Sequence record: MK250028.1
Length of the DNA: 64,000 nucleotides
Strand: one strand, 5' to 3'
The notes under the pieces are model-generated. The model had not been told where the DNA came from and made no database searches. It saw only the letters and a program-made list of their open reading frames with translations. A program made the translations under genes and the position numbers. This document shows positions 14,120 through 27,459 of this stretch, piece by piece (position 1 is the stretch's first letter; the number at the start of each line of letters is the position of its first letter).

Positions 14120-15778
14120 ATGAATGTTTACGATTCTCCACATATGCATGGAGTAAAACCACATCCATGTCCACCTCCTCCTGGACCACATCATGATCCT
14201 TTTCATCATGATCCTTGTTGTGAACCACCACATCATTGTTTACCTCCACATCATTGTGAACCACCATATGGATTAATCAATCATTATAATAAAGTATGTT
14301 TCAAGAACTATGATGAAGCTGTATATAAATTAAAAATAAAATCATTACTTCCTGGCGAAATTGCATTCGCTTATTATTTTGATAAGAATGCAGAATATGG
14401 TATTAACGCAATTGCAGCTGTTGGTTCTATTAAATTAGGAGCAACTAATATAATCTATGATAACGCTAATGATATTCAATCTCTTATTGAATCCCTTTCA
14501 ACAAAGGTAGATTCAAATAATGAGAAATTTGAAACAATAGTAGATCAATTCGATGATATTAATAATGTTATTAAAGACATTAGTTCTCGTTTACATAAAG
14601 CTGAAGATAAAAATAATTCTTCTAATATTGATGCATCTATTTCAGATATAGATAATAAGATTGATACTATTATTCAAGATAACGTATCAATACATGACCG
14701 TATTGATACCCTTGATTCACAAATGGATCAAGTAACTGATTATATTGCATAGCATGAATTAGATTATCAAGCACTTGATGCATCAGTTAAACAACTTCGT
14801 GTTGATGTAGATTCATTAGGACTAGATGATAAACTTGATGAATTAGATAAGAAGATTAATCAAACAAAAGAAGATATACTTCTTGAAACAAAGGCAGACA
14901 ATGCATCATTAGAAGCTAAACTTACACAAGAATTTAACGGTAAATTACAAGATTATTCTGATTCATTAGATAATCTTAAAGTTGAAATCACTCAACAGAT
15001 TACAGATACAGTTGAACCTTTAAAAACGGATATTTATGATTTACAAGTTAAAACAACTGAATTGGAAACAAATATCGGTAAAGCAAAGGATGAAGCAGTT
15101 ACTGCATCCAAAGAATATACAGATAATCAAATATCAGACAAGATGCAAGGAATTAATAGTTCACTTACTGATATGTCTAATACTATTCATGATTTATCTG
15201 ATTTAATTACCAATGTTTCTACTAATGCAGATAATGAACGTAAAGAATTAAAACGGTATATTGATTAGGTTAAGTCTGATATTGAAGGTGAAAATACTCA
15301 ATTTAAATCTGAAGTAAATTCTGAAATTAATAAACAGAAACAATATATTACAGATACTATTAACGGATTTAAGGCAGAATATACTGCAACAACAGATAAA
15401 GCAATTGATGAAAAAGTAAAGGTTGTATCTGATAAATTAGATAATTATATCAATGAATCTACAACTAAACATTCTGAAATTGAAGCAAAGATTTCTACTA
15501 TTAAAACGGATTTTGCAACATATAAAGGTGAGTTAAACGAAACTATTGCTAACAAAATTGCAGAACAAAATACAAATATGAGAAATTATTTGGATAACGC
15601 AATTTCAACAGATAGATCATACTATGATTCACTTTATGCACGTAAAGATCAAATACCTGTAAATGTTGTATCAGGTGCAGGTGTTACGGTAGAAAACGGT
15701 GTTGTTAATCTTAATGTTGACAGTAATGGTGTATTAACAGTAGGTGGAAAACGTTATCAATTACAACAATTGAATTAA
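14120..15778 (+). CDS. Coiled-coil fibre-like protein B (552 aa) with His/Pro/Cys-rich N-terminus
   Basis: Three in-frame track ORFs joined through TAG; ends TAA; shared LPGEIAFAYYFD domain follows an HPC-rich leader. Confidence 0.8.
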
Positions 15779-15803
15779 TAATTTTAACAAAATTAAATAT
15801 ATT

Positions 15804-15839
15804 AGAAGAGATTATTTTTATAAATAGTCTCTTCTTTTC
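15804..15839 (+). terminator. Intrinsic terminator
   Basis: Stem AGAAGAGATTATTT/AAATAGTCTCTTCT (one G-U pair) followed by TTT. Confidence 0.75.
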
Positions 15840-15864
15840 TTTTAATAAATATAAAAAGAAATTT
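15840..15864 (+). promoter_or_regulatory. Putative late promoter, exact 25-bp copy of 29312-29336 (-)
   Basis: TTTTAATAAATATAAAAAGAAATTT, ending 13 nt upstream of ATG 15878. Confidence 0.65.
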
Positions 15865-15877
15865 AAAACAAATAAAC

Positions 15878-18800
15878 ATGGCAGGATTTATGGATAACAA
15901 ATATGGTTCACATGTTCCACCTGTTGGACTTAATGGTTTCAATAAAATATGTTTTACTGATTAGAAAGAAGCTGAAACTATGTTATTGGATAAGCCGTTA
16001 ATGCCTGGCTAGCTCACATTCGCATATTACTATGATAATGTTGCGACTAATGGTGTAAATGTAATGGCAGCAGTCGGAACATTAAAAGGAGAAGGTTCAA
16101 ACCATATTTTTGTTAGTTATGAAACTATAAATTAGTTAATTGATTCCATTGATGATTCATTTGAAGATTTCGATACTAGTTTAATATATATTCGGAAAGA
16201 ACTTATGAGCAAGCTTTCTGCTCTTGAAGATGAACAGAATAATTTAGTTTTACAGATAAGAGATAATGTTAATAATTCTAATGTAAGTTTTAACGAAATT
16301 TATACTAAATTAGAAGAGTTAGAAACAAATGGTAAACAATATACAGATGAGAAAATTCAAGAGATAAGAGATTATGTCGATACATCTGTAACAAGTAAAA
16401 TCAATGATTATGAAACAGTAGTTTCTGATATGATTTTAGATGCGTCTACAAAATTAGATTAGATGCAAAAAGATTTTGAAGATAAAGCTTAGGATATTCT
16501 TGATCGTAGTAATGAAGTATATGACAATCTTGATGTTTCTCTTCGTAATTATGTTAATAATGAAATGTTAGGAATGCAACAGTTTGTTCATAACGAAACA
16601 ACACAAGCCGTTTTAGATATGAATTCAAAATATGCGGTTTTAAAGAAAGTTGTTGCATCTATTAATTCATCTGTTAATGATATTGATAAAAAACATAATG
16701 ATAAGGAAACAGAATTATCAAGAAATATTGTAGAAACAGCAACACAATTAACAGAAGACTTAGAAATTGCAAATGTTTCAATCATTAGTTATATTGATCA
16801 ATAGACATCATTATTCAATAAGAAGATTGATAATAAAATCAATGAGCTTGAATTTAATACAAAAACTAAAAATATAGATTTAACAAATATCGTAGAAGAA
16901 TACCAACATTCAGTTAAGAATGATATTGCTGTATTCAATGCATCTATGAGAACATATGTTAAATCTAGTCTTGCCACCGTTCAAACAGATGCTAATTCAA
17001 AATATTCAGAATTAAAAACATATGTAACATCAAATGATGCTTCATTATTAAATTATGTTAATGCAATGGAAATTGCACAAAAGACATATATTAATAAACA
17101 TGATTCTGAAATTAAATCTTGGATTGCAACATCAGATACTTCTTTATTCAATATTATTCGTTCAACAGATAGTAAATTAAAAGATGATCTTGACGCGATG
17201 GATGCAAGACACCAATCAATGTATCGTACAGTTGAATCACGTCTTGATAACCTTATTGATGATATTTCTACAGATCTTACTATCATGGTTAATGAATACG
17301 GTAAGGAAGTTAAGAACTTTACACGTAAACATGTAAATGATTTAGAGAATAAAGTTAAAGCACAAAATGTAAGTTTAATTAACTATATTGATGATAAATC
17401 TCAAGAAGCAGTAAATGAAACTCGTTTACTTAATGCTTCACTTAGAACTCAATTAAAGAATACAACAAACTTACTTAACGCAAGTATCAATAATGCTATT
17501 CAATATACAGATGATGAAATATCTAAATTAAAATCATATGTTGATACAGAAAATACTTCTATTATTACTTATGTTAATAATCAAGATGATAAAGTAAGAT
17601 TCTATGCAGATTATGGAGATAATGAAGTTCGTAAATATATTGATGAACTTGAAGAGCAACTTAAGAAATATTCTATTACTGGTGATTCTTCTGTTATCAA
17701 TTATATTAAGTTAACAAAAGAAAATATTGAACAATTTGTTAAAGATGCAGATGATGATGTTTTAAAGAAAGCATATATTCATGATGATGAAATCAAAAAT
17801 GAAATGACAACTGAATATAATGCATTTGTTCGTAAGCAGAAAGATATTGATGCATCATTATTAAATTATGTTAAGAATACAGATACTTCATTATTTAATT
17901 ACATAAAGGATAGAGATGAACAAATAAAGAGATGGATTGCTATTGGTGATACTTCACTTTATAACTATTTCAAAACATAGAATGCATCTTTGTTTAATTA
18001 TGTAAAAACATAGGATACAGAAATATAGAATAATCTTGTTAATAGTGTTTCTAAGATAGAAAATGATATGGCAAAATTCGAGACCAGTATCAATTCAAAG
18101 ATTGATTCTGCTGATATTGCTCTTGATAATAAATTAAATGCTAATAATGCTTCTATCTATACAATTCTTTCTTCTAATGATGTATCAATCATGAGTGCAG
18201 TTAATAAGAAAGATTATGAACTTGAAACAAAATTAAATAATCAAATTTCAGAAGTAAAGAACGAATTAGAAACAAAAGACTCTTCTATTCTTAATTATGT
18301 ATTGAATGCTGATACATCTATTAAATCACAACTTAATATAATTAAAGATACTATTAATAATGATATTAAAGTATCTCTTAAAGAACTTGATACAAAAGTG
18401 GATGTAAATGATGCTTCTATTATGTCTTATATTAATACAAATGACCATAAGATTGGTTCTTATATTGATACAGAAATTAATCGTGTAGAAAATCATTGCA
18501 AATCAAATGATACATCTGTTGTTAATTTTGTAAAAAAAGAAGATTCATCTATAGTTAATTATGTAAATGGTACAGTTAAACAAGAATTACTTGATAGAAT
18601 TAATGATACAAATACATCTATTATTAATTATGTTGCTGAGAATTCATCATTGTTCAATTATGTCGTTAATAATGATACTTTACTTAAAGCACTTATTGAA
18701 AGTAAAGATGGCTCAATTTTGAATTCATTAACAAGCGCTGATGCTTCTATTATTCGTTTAATTGAGAAATATAACTCAGAATTACATAATAAGATTAACG

Positions 18801-21800
18801 CAAATGATTCATCTATTAACTCAAAAGTTGATAAGTATAATTCATCTACATTTAGCCACTTTACATTAAAGGACGCAGAACTTCAATCTAAACAAGAATT
18901 AGCAGATACTTCTATTGTTAGTTTTATTAACACAACTGTATCTGATATGAATACAAGTATCAATGAGACTTTAACAAATATTGATAATAAAGTTGATAAT
19001 GTAAAATCTGATTTAGTGAATACCATTGAAACAAACAATACATCTATTGTTAATTTTGTTAAGTTACATGATACAAGTATTGAGAATATGATTAAGTCTA
19101 ATGAAGAAGTTTATAACTATATCAATACACAAGATACTTCTATCATTAATTTCATTAAGAATAACAATACTGATCTTGATAATAAACTATCAAGAGTTAA
19201 TACTGATGTTAACAATAAGATTGATAATGTTGAATCAGACCTTTTACAGGAAATTGTTAATAAGACAAATATACTTAATACTGATGTAAGACGAGAAATA
19301 GCTAATCTTTCTGATTAGATGAATGATTCTGATACTTCTATTCTTAATTATCTTAAAGCATCTGATAATGAGTTAAACAATAACTTATTGCAATTAGATA
19401 CAAATCTTCATAATGAGTTAGATAATAATAAGGCTGAATTAACTAATAGTATTAATAATGCTATTACTGCTTATGAGAATAAACAAACAGAATTCTAGTC
19501 TAATATTAATAATCAAATTGATACATTTAAAACAGAAGTATCTACAAATATTGATACATTAAATTAGACTATCCATAATGATATGTCTGAGTTAAGTTCT
19601 GATATTAGTACAAAGATTGCTGTTACAAATTCATCTACTATTAATTATCTTCAAAATGAAATTTCAAAGATTGATAATAAAGTTAATAACTAGAATTCTT
19701 CATTATCTGTAGCATTTGAGAACTATAAATCCGCAACAGATACAAGTATTAAGAACAAATTAGATTCATTTGAAACTAATGTAGATAATAAGTTAAATGA
19801 TAAATTTACAGAACTTAATATCACATTAGATACAAACTGGACTAATTTGATTAATTCTAATGAGCAGTTTAAGAATGAAATTCATAATGATATTGCAAAT
19901 CTTGAGACTAATACAAACAATAAGTTAAATGATTTTAAATCTTACGTAGATGAGCAGAATACATTACAGGATGTAAAGAATACATCTGCTATTAGTTCAC
20001 TAAGAACTGATATTTCAACATTGGATGATTAGATCAATACAAGATTAACACTTCACGAAAAGTTATGCGATAATAATATTCAAATTGCAAAGAATGAATT
20101 ATCATCAAAAATTGAAACTGTTAATACATCATTAATTAATTATATCGATTAGCAAGATACTAATATTAAGAATGAATTTGCTGAACGTGAATCAAATCTT
20201 CTTAATTATATCAATAGTTAGGATAATGAGCTTAACAGAAAGATTGATAGCGTTAATCATGATTTAACAGAAACAATTACAGATGTTGATCTTCGCGCAA
20301 CTACTAATATTAATAATCTTCGTACAGATATGAATTATGAAGTATCACGCCTTGATAAGAAGATTGAAGATACTGAAAGAGATATTAGAGCAGATGTAAG
20401 TACAGAAGATAAAAAACTCGATGATAGAATTACATCTGTTGACCATGACATCCGTCAAGATATGGAAACAAAAGATAATGATTTACAACAACAAATAACA
20501 GATGTTAGTAGAGATTATCGTCAGTTTGTTATTGATTCATCTAGCATGATTACAAAACATATTGAGAATGTTTCATCTAATATTCATTAGAGAATAACTG
20601 ATACTTCTGAATGTTTATGGCAATATGTAAATGATACATCTGACGCTATTGTTAATTATTTCAAGAAACAAAATACAGATCTTAAAAATTATTCTGATAC
20701 AGAAGATAATAAATTAAAAGGTAGAATTGAAAATGTTTCATCTAAGTTAATTGATGTTAGCAACGCATTGAATAAACTTATTGGTGTTGGAGACGTTACT
20801 TCTGCTATTGATACATTCCAAGAAATTGAAGAGTTCTTAAAAACGTATACAAATAAAGATACATTAACAAATTTATTAAAGAATAACTCTGATAATGACA
20901 AAGCTTATGCAGATAGTATATTACAAAGATATGATGAATATATAAAGAATTATATTTCTGATGGCTCTACTGATATATATAATTATATTAATAACACTTC
21001 ATCTGCAATTGTTTGGTGGGTATAGGATATTTCTAATAAATTTAAGAAGTATATTGATGCAAGTGACCTTATTCTTGATGGTAAGATTAGTGAATTAAGA
21101 GAAGACCTTAATACAACTAATAATAATATTGATGATTTAAAAGATTATGTAGATCAATAGGATAGAAAAGATAGAGATTATGTTGATGATATATCCACAA
21201 AAATTGTTACATATATAAATTCTACTTCTGATGGTATTGTTAATAACTTTAATGATACTTCTGATGGTATTGTGAGACGTTTTAATGATGCTTCTGATGG
21301 TTTATATAATTTTATTATTGATACATCTAATCGTATTGTTAATAACTTTAATGATGCTTCTGATGGTTTATATAAATTAATATTAGACACATCTGATGAT
21401 ATTGTTCATCATTTTAATGATGTTTCTACTCTTATTGTTAGAAGATTTAATGACGCATCTGACGGATTATTCCACTTAATTATGGATACTTCTAACATGA
21501 TTATACATCGTTTAAATGATGTATCTGATGGTATTGTTAAGAACTTTAATGATACTTCTGACGGTATTGTCAAACGTTTTAATGATGCTTCTGATGGATT
21601 ATATGCATTAATAAAAGATTTATCAACTCGTCATAATGAAGATAACACTTTAATGCAGTCATATATCAATACAGAAATAGGTAAAGTAACCGATTCTTTA
21701 AATACTGAAGTAATACAAATCAATAAAAATATTGGTACAATAGACAAAAAATATGAAGGGAAATTTAAGACTTTATATGAAAATGATATTGCAGACATTA

Positions 21801-23878
21801 ATTCTTCTATAACTAATATTAGAAAAGAATTTGTAACAGCTGATTATAATTCTAGCACACAAATTTATAATTATTTAAAGGAAACGTACAAGAAAGAACT
21901 TACTGGAGAAATAAGTAAAGTTGATAGCAAGTTAACAAATTATATTACGTCTAATGATAAAAAAGTTAGTGATCTTGATACTAAAATTAATAGCGTAAAC
22001 TCTGATATAACAACTTTGATTAATTCAAGTTATAATGAAATTAATGGATATATTAAAGATATAAGTACTCGTCTTGATAAAACTGATAAACGTTTAGATG
22101 ATAGAATTACAGAAATTAATAACACATTAACAAACTCTATTCAAACTAAACATGACACATTAGATGGACGTATTACAAAAGTTGATACTGATTTAAAAGA
22201 AAGTATTAAATCAAAATATGATTTGGTTGATGGACGTATTACTACTGTAAATGAAAATATTATTAAACGTATAGATCAATATAATACATCATTAGCAGGT
22301 TATACAGACCAAGAAATCAAAACAGTTAATAATGCCATTAATAAAGTTAAATCTGATTTAACACAAGAGATTACTAATAATGTAACTAATATTGATAGTT
22401 CTATTACACGTATTGATAATTATCTTGAACGAGGTTACTGGACAAAAGTTACTAATTATGTTGGTAGTGAAATAACAAAAGTTGATGAAAAGATTACTAA
22501 TCTTAAATCTGAAATCAATAATTCATTATCTAAAGATTATGTAACAAACGCATCACTTAATGATTATTATAATAACACTATTAAAAAATATGTTGATGAA
22601 CAAGATGCATTATATAATACATCCGTTATAGATATATCTAATAGATTAAAGACAACAAATGATAATATTAAATCATTAAATGATAAATTAACTGCATTAA
22701 CATCTGATAATATTGATGGAACTATCAATACATATAAAGAAGTTCAAGATTTCTTAAACTCTATATCTGATACTACTACGCTTGTAACATTATTGGCAAA
22801 TAATAAAAATCAAGCTATTGAATCTGCTAATCAATATACAGATAGTTCTATAAATAATTTCAAGAATACATATGTTAAACCTAAATTTGATAATTATGAT
22901 AATTCAATATCTACAATAAATGGTGACATTAAAAATATTAATGGTAAAATAACTACTAATCAAACTGATATTACAAATCTTACTACCAGAGTAAATAAGG
23001 CAGAAACTGATATTAAAAATATTGATGGCAATATTTCTACTATTACTACTGACATAAATAAGTTAAAAGATTTTCAAACTACTGTCAATAATAAGAATTA
23101 TTTAACAGAAATTACTGTTGCTAATGATAACAAATTAGGTGGTATTAAAACTGGTTATACGCCAACCGGCGCAAATGCAAGTAAGCAATTACCAGTAACA
23201 TTGAATTCTGACGGTCGTGCATATGTAACACTTACAAATTCAGCGGTCACAGGAGCATATACTTATACATTACCAACAGCAAATAATTCTGAACTTGGTG
23301 GAATCAAAACTGGATATACTAATAATGGTAATAAGGTCAAAGTTGAAGTTGATGGTTCAGGAAATGCATATGTTGCTCTTACTGAAACAGCAGTCAAAGG
23401 CGGATTTACTTATACATTACCTACGGCTGGTACAACAACTCTCGGTGGTATCTGCACAGGGTATACTAATAGTGGATCAAATGTTAAGGTTCAGATGAGT
23501 GGTAATAATGCATATGTTGGTATTACTAAAGATGCTATTGTTAGCGCTCTTAGTTATACACCTGCAAAAGGTAATTCAGATGGCTCTAATACGTATACAT
23601 TACCTAAGGCAACAGGTTCAACATTAGGTGGTATTCAAGTAGGCTTTACACAAAGTACATCTGGTTCAACACTTAATCTTCCTGTTAAATTAGATTCAAA
23701 TGGTAATGCTTATATTAGTATTAACTTAACTGATTTATAGAATATTGGTGTAATAACAAATAATAATATTAATTCACATGTAACATAGGTTATGTCTGAT
23801 GACACTGCATGGGTTACTCAATCTCAATATGGAAATATCACAGATAAAGGTAGTAAAACTTATTACATTTATGAATAA
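15878..23878 (+). CDS. Giant coiled-coil fibre-like protein C (2666 aa) with C-terminal fibre repeats
   Basis: ATG at 15878; eight in-frame track ORFs joined through TAG; ends TAA at 23876-23878; N-terminal MPGQLTFAYYYD paralogous domain; C-terminal YTLPTA..LGGIKTGY repeats. Confidence 0.8.
21185..21613 (+). repeat. 33-bp / 11-residue tandem repeat, 13 units (NDASDGLYxLI / NDTSDGIVxxF)
   Basis: Exact 11-residue periodicity on translation. Confidence 0.9.
23108..23725 (+). repeat. Four ~47-aa phage fibre repeats (LPTA..LGGIxTGY..V.LDS.GNAYV)
   Basis: LGGIKTGY twice, LGGICTGY and LGGIQVGF, each followed by a G[NR]AY[VI]/NNAYV element. Confidence 0.85.
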
Positions 23879-23890
23879 TAAATTTATATA

Positions 23891-23935
23891 TAATAAAAGA
23901 GGTATAGAAAATTAAAATTCTATACCTCTTTATTT
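23891..23935. terminator. Bidirectional terminator between convergent genes
   Basis: AAAGAGGTATAGAA/TTCTATACCTCTTT stem with A and T flanks. Confidence 0.85.
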
Positions 23936-24283
23936 TTATTCTTCTTTCTTTTTTCTTGTTCTTCTGACTTTCTTAGGTTTATTAATGCCAAAATCATTTT
24001 CAATTTCATTTATAAATTCATCTATAGATACAACTGCAGCTGGATCATCTATAAATGGGTCTAATTCTAACATGAATTGAGCGAAATCATTTCTATCTCT
24101 AAGAAATGCGTTTAATCCTCGACCAGAATCATAAACAAATTGAATTATTATATATCCATCGGGATCTTTTAGAAAACTAAATCCTATTGTTTGTTTCAAA
24201 TCAACAAATGTCTATCCAACTCTTACAAACGATTTAAATTTTCTATTCTTAAAAAACTCTTCATTTAATTCCAAATTATCCAT
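23936..24283 (-). CDS. Hypothetical protein (115 aa)
   Basis: Track ORF extends through one TAG (codon 24) to ATG 24283, 1 nt after the upstream gene's stop. Confidence 0.75.
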
Positions 24284-24284
24284 A

Positions 24285-25484
24285 TTACTCAAATAATGCA
24301 TTTGCTGTTTTTACTGTTCCGTCTGTATTAATGTACTTATCCATACCCTTGAATATTTCTGCTTCAATTGCTTTCTTCTTATCATAACCTTCATATTGTG
24401 TACCTTTAAGCAATATTTGTGATTTAAGATTCCAAAAGCTTTCATTTGGAGTATCATTAATCATATATTCTAGTGATTCTTTATAATCTTGTATATATTC
24501 AGGGAATAATTTACTGTTAAGCTCTACCAATGTACGCTGACGCATTAATCTATCACTAAAATCAATATCATTTATATCTCGTTTACATACTTTTTCAAAT
24601 ACCGGTTTTAATTTTGATTCAGAATCAAGTAAATCTTGAACTGTATTAATACCGCATATTTCACGAACTTTCTTTTCCTTACTTGGTGTAATTCTTACTT
24701 TGCGTCCATCTTTATACCAATTATAAAATGAAGGTACACAATCACCATCGTCACCACAAAATATCTTATCAAGAACAACATTATTTGGATTCTCTACAGA
24801 TAATTCCATAATAGTATTTGATTGAAGTAATTGTTTTACATAAGTCTTAGATAAATCTTCATTCTCGAAAAATATATCAAAATTATTATCTGATTTATTA
24901 TACCATGTTTCAAATGCTTCTGGTACATAAATATAACGTTTACTACCTTTACCCTTACCTGTTGTATTATATACTATGCAATATTGATTTGTTACTGTAT
25001 TGAAATCAATAAGTTGTCTAATATCTGCATCTGCGCTTACAATGATAACATTATAATTTGGATATTTCTCAAACACTATTTCTTTACACATACATGCAAT
25101 ATCATCTGCTTCACAATGCTCCACCTTTGCTACATGCATAGAATTCCTTGATAAAATCTTAAGAAGATCATCTGAGCATTTAAATATATTATCCCAATTT
25201 ATAGATTCCGACTTTTTCCTATTTGACTTATAACCTGGATTTATATCGTCTCCGGGAAGAACATCTTTTCTCCATGCATGTTGAGCGTCTGTTGCTATAA
25301 TAACATTTGTAGGTTTGAATATATTAAGAATTGAACATACATCTGTTGTAAACTTATACATGAATGAACGTACGTCTTCTATTCTGTTATATCCGTTGAC
25401 CTAACCATATAAGCTATTCATAAATAATGATCTGAATAAAAGGTTAGACCAATCCAATACTAATAATACTTTCTTACTTTCCAT
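24285..25484 (-). CDS. rnh: T4 RNase H-like 5'-3' exonuclease / flap endonuclease (399 aa)
   Basis: VLDWSNLLFRS (recovered only by reading TAG codon 28), IIATDAQHAWRK, EADDI, IVSADADIRQL, GDDGDCVP. Confidence 0.88.
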
Positions 25485-25555
25485 TTCTCTAAAAATACGA
25501 AAATCGTTTTATTTTATATATGTATTTATTAGTATTGTTTATTTAATGTTAAAAA

Positions 25556-26938
25556 TTAAGAATTGTCAGGGACAATTTTATACCAATACAAACTATATTT
25601 TGATTTTGATGATGTATTTGTATATCCTTTTACTTTTAGTGCATAAGACGCTTTTATATGCAAATGAATTAAACCACCTTCATAATCTGTAGGTATATTT
25701 ATATTTGGTGATTGAGTATTTACTATATTATTATTACCATCATCCAAAAAATATGATATGCTATCATCAGTATATATATCATTTATAGCTGTTGCATGTT
25801 CACTAAAACCATAATTACCTGAACCCTATATAAAAAGTACAGCATCACCTGGTTCATCATTTACACTATGTATTGATATACCATTATCTATTGAGTGTCC
25901 AGTTATATCATCATTACCTGTATTATCAGGTATTGCTTTATTTTCTACTGTATAATATACTTTATAATATGTTATTAATGATATATCATCTATATCTTTC
26001 ATTTTTACATCATTTTCAGATAGATTATGTAATTTTGCATATAATGGTATAATTACATCAGTCTTTAATTGATAAGCGGATATTCTAAATAATTTATTCC
26101 ATTTTATAATAGTTCCTAATTTCTAATATAATGTCAAATCACATAATTTTAATGGTTGCTAATTATCTATTATATATTGGTCTTCTTTAGATACCAATTT
26201 ATCATCATTTATAAATAATGTAGGCATATATTTATTATTAAAATATATTTTCCTACAAGGTAAATTACCACTTTTTATAACAATATATAATTCACCGGAT
26301 AATAATTCCTATACAGTTGGTACATATGTTCCATCATACTAAACTGTTTCCTGTCTATCTTCTACATTTGGATCTTGTCTTTCTTTATCAATATTAATAT
26401 ATTCATACCCAATTGGCATTATTTCATATGTATCTGCAACAATGTTATTATCTTTATCATCCGCGGTAAAATAATATTCTCCATCATAATCTGTATTATT
26501 TCTGTTCTTGTCATTTAATGCTTTTATATATTCATATCCATATTCACAAAAAATATCTTCCAAACTTGCTTCATTTGCATCTGTTGCAAATGCTTTATTT
26601 AATACACAACCAGAAAACTTATTTATATCAATATCACCAGAATTTATTGTACTTTTATATTTTCGTAATAAATCTAAATTATAATAATTATCATCTAATG
26701 TATTTTCATCAAAATATGTTTCATTTATCTTTACAATTCTATCTTCTGATGTAATATCATGTCTATATGTTCCATAATTTCTATAATACTCATTGTTTAC
26801 CATATGTTCATTTGCTGCTATATCTGCAACTTTTTTATTATTTAAATCATATGATAAACGGTCATAACGATTAAATTCAAATATTTTTGTATATGAATTT
26901 AATATTTTTTCATATTCATTATTAACAATATCTGCCAT
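25556..26938 (-). CDS. Hypothetical protein (460 aa)
   Basis: ORFs 26339..26938 and 25556..25747 are in frame; the gap contains only TAG; ends TAA. Confidence 0.8.
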
Positions 26939-27010
26939 ATATTTTGTATTATATTGTTTATATTATTTATTTTTTGATAAATAAAGAAAAATATATTGAT
27001 TATTTATATA

Positions 27011-27433
27011 ATGATTACTATATATAAAGGTAAAGATGAAGATACTGCTATAATACCATTAAGTTTTTAGCTTTTGAATGGTAAGCAAAATATTAATTGG
27101 GCAACTGAAATAATAAAAAATGATGCAGCTGCATATAAATCTAATATAACTGATGATAAATTAAAAAAGTAGGTAGATTCTGCTATAAATTATATAAAGT
27201 TTAATACTCCGAGCGTTACCGCAAATGAATATACAATAAGTAATGATAATAACTTAAAATCGTCATTATTAGAGAACGAAATAGATTTATATTATATAGA
27301 AAATTTTACATATGTATTAGATAGTGACAGTTATACAAATTATAGTACGTCAGATGAAAAATCAAGAGGAAAAGATGATTATATGTTTACTATAATACCA
27401 AATACAATAGATGTTGAAGTAAAAAATGAATGA
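27011..27433 (+). CDS. Hypothetical protein (140 aa)
   Basis: Absent from the track; ATG 27011 to TGA 27433 with two in-frame TAG. Confidence 0.7.
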
Positions 27434-27459
27434 AAACTTTTTTACTTCAACATCATCAT

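Noticed and set aside
12133-21390. Minus-strand ORFs inside the fibre genes (12133, 14079, 16588, 17053, 20689, 21178)
   Set aside because: Shadows of repetitive coiled-coil coding sequence.
21185-21613. Possible CRISPR array
   Set aside because: Contiguous 33-bp in-frame coding units without unique spacers; no cas genes.
657-23878. Interpretation as pseudogenes or a degraded prophage
   Set aside because: All interruptions are TAG, with no frameshifts or TAA/TGA over thousands of codons; this fits recoding, not decay.
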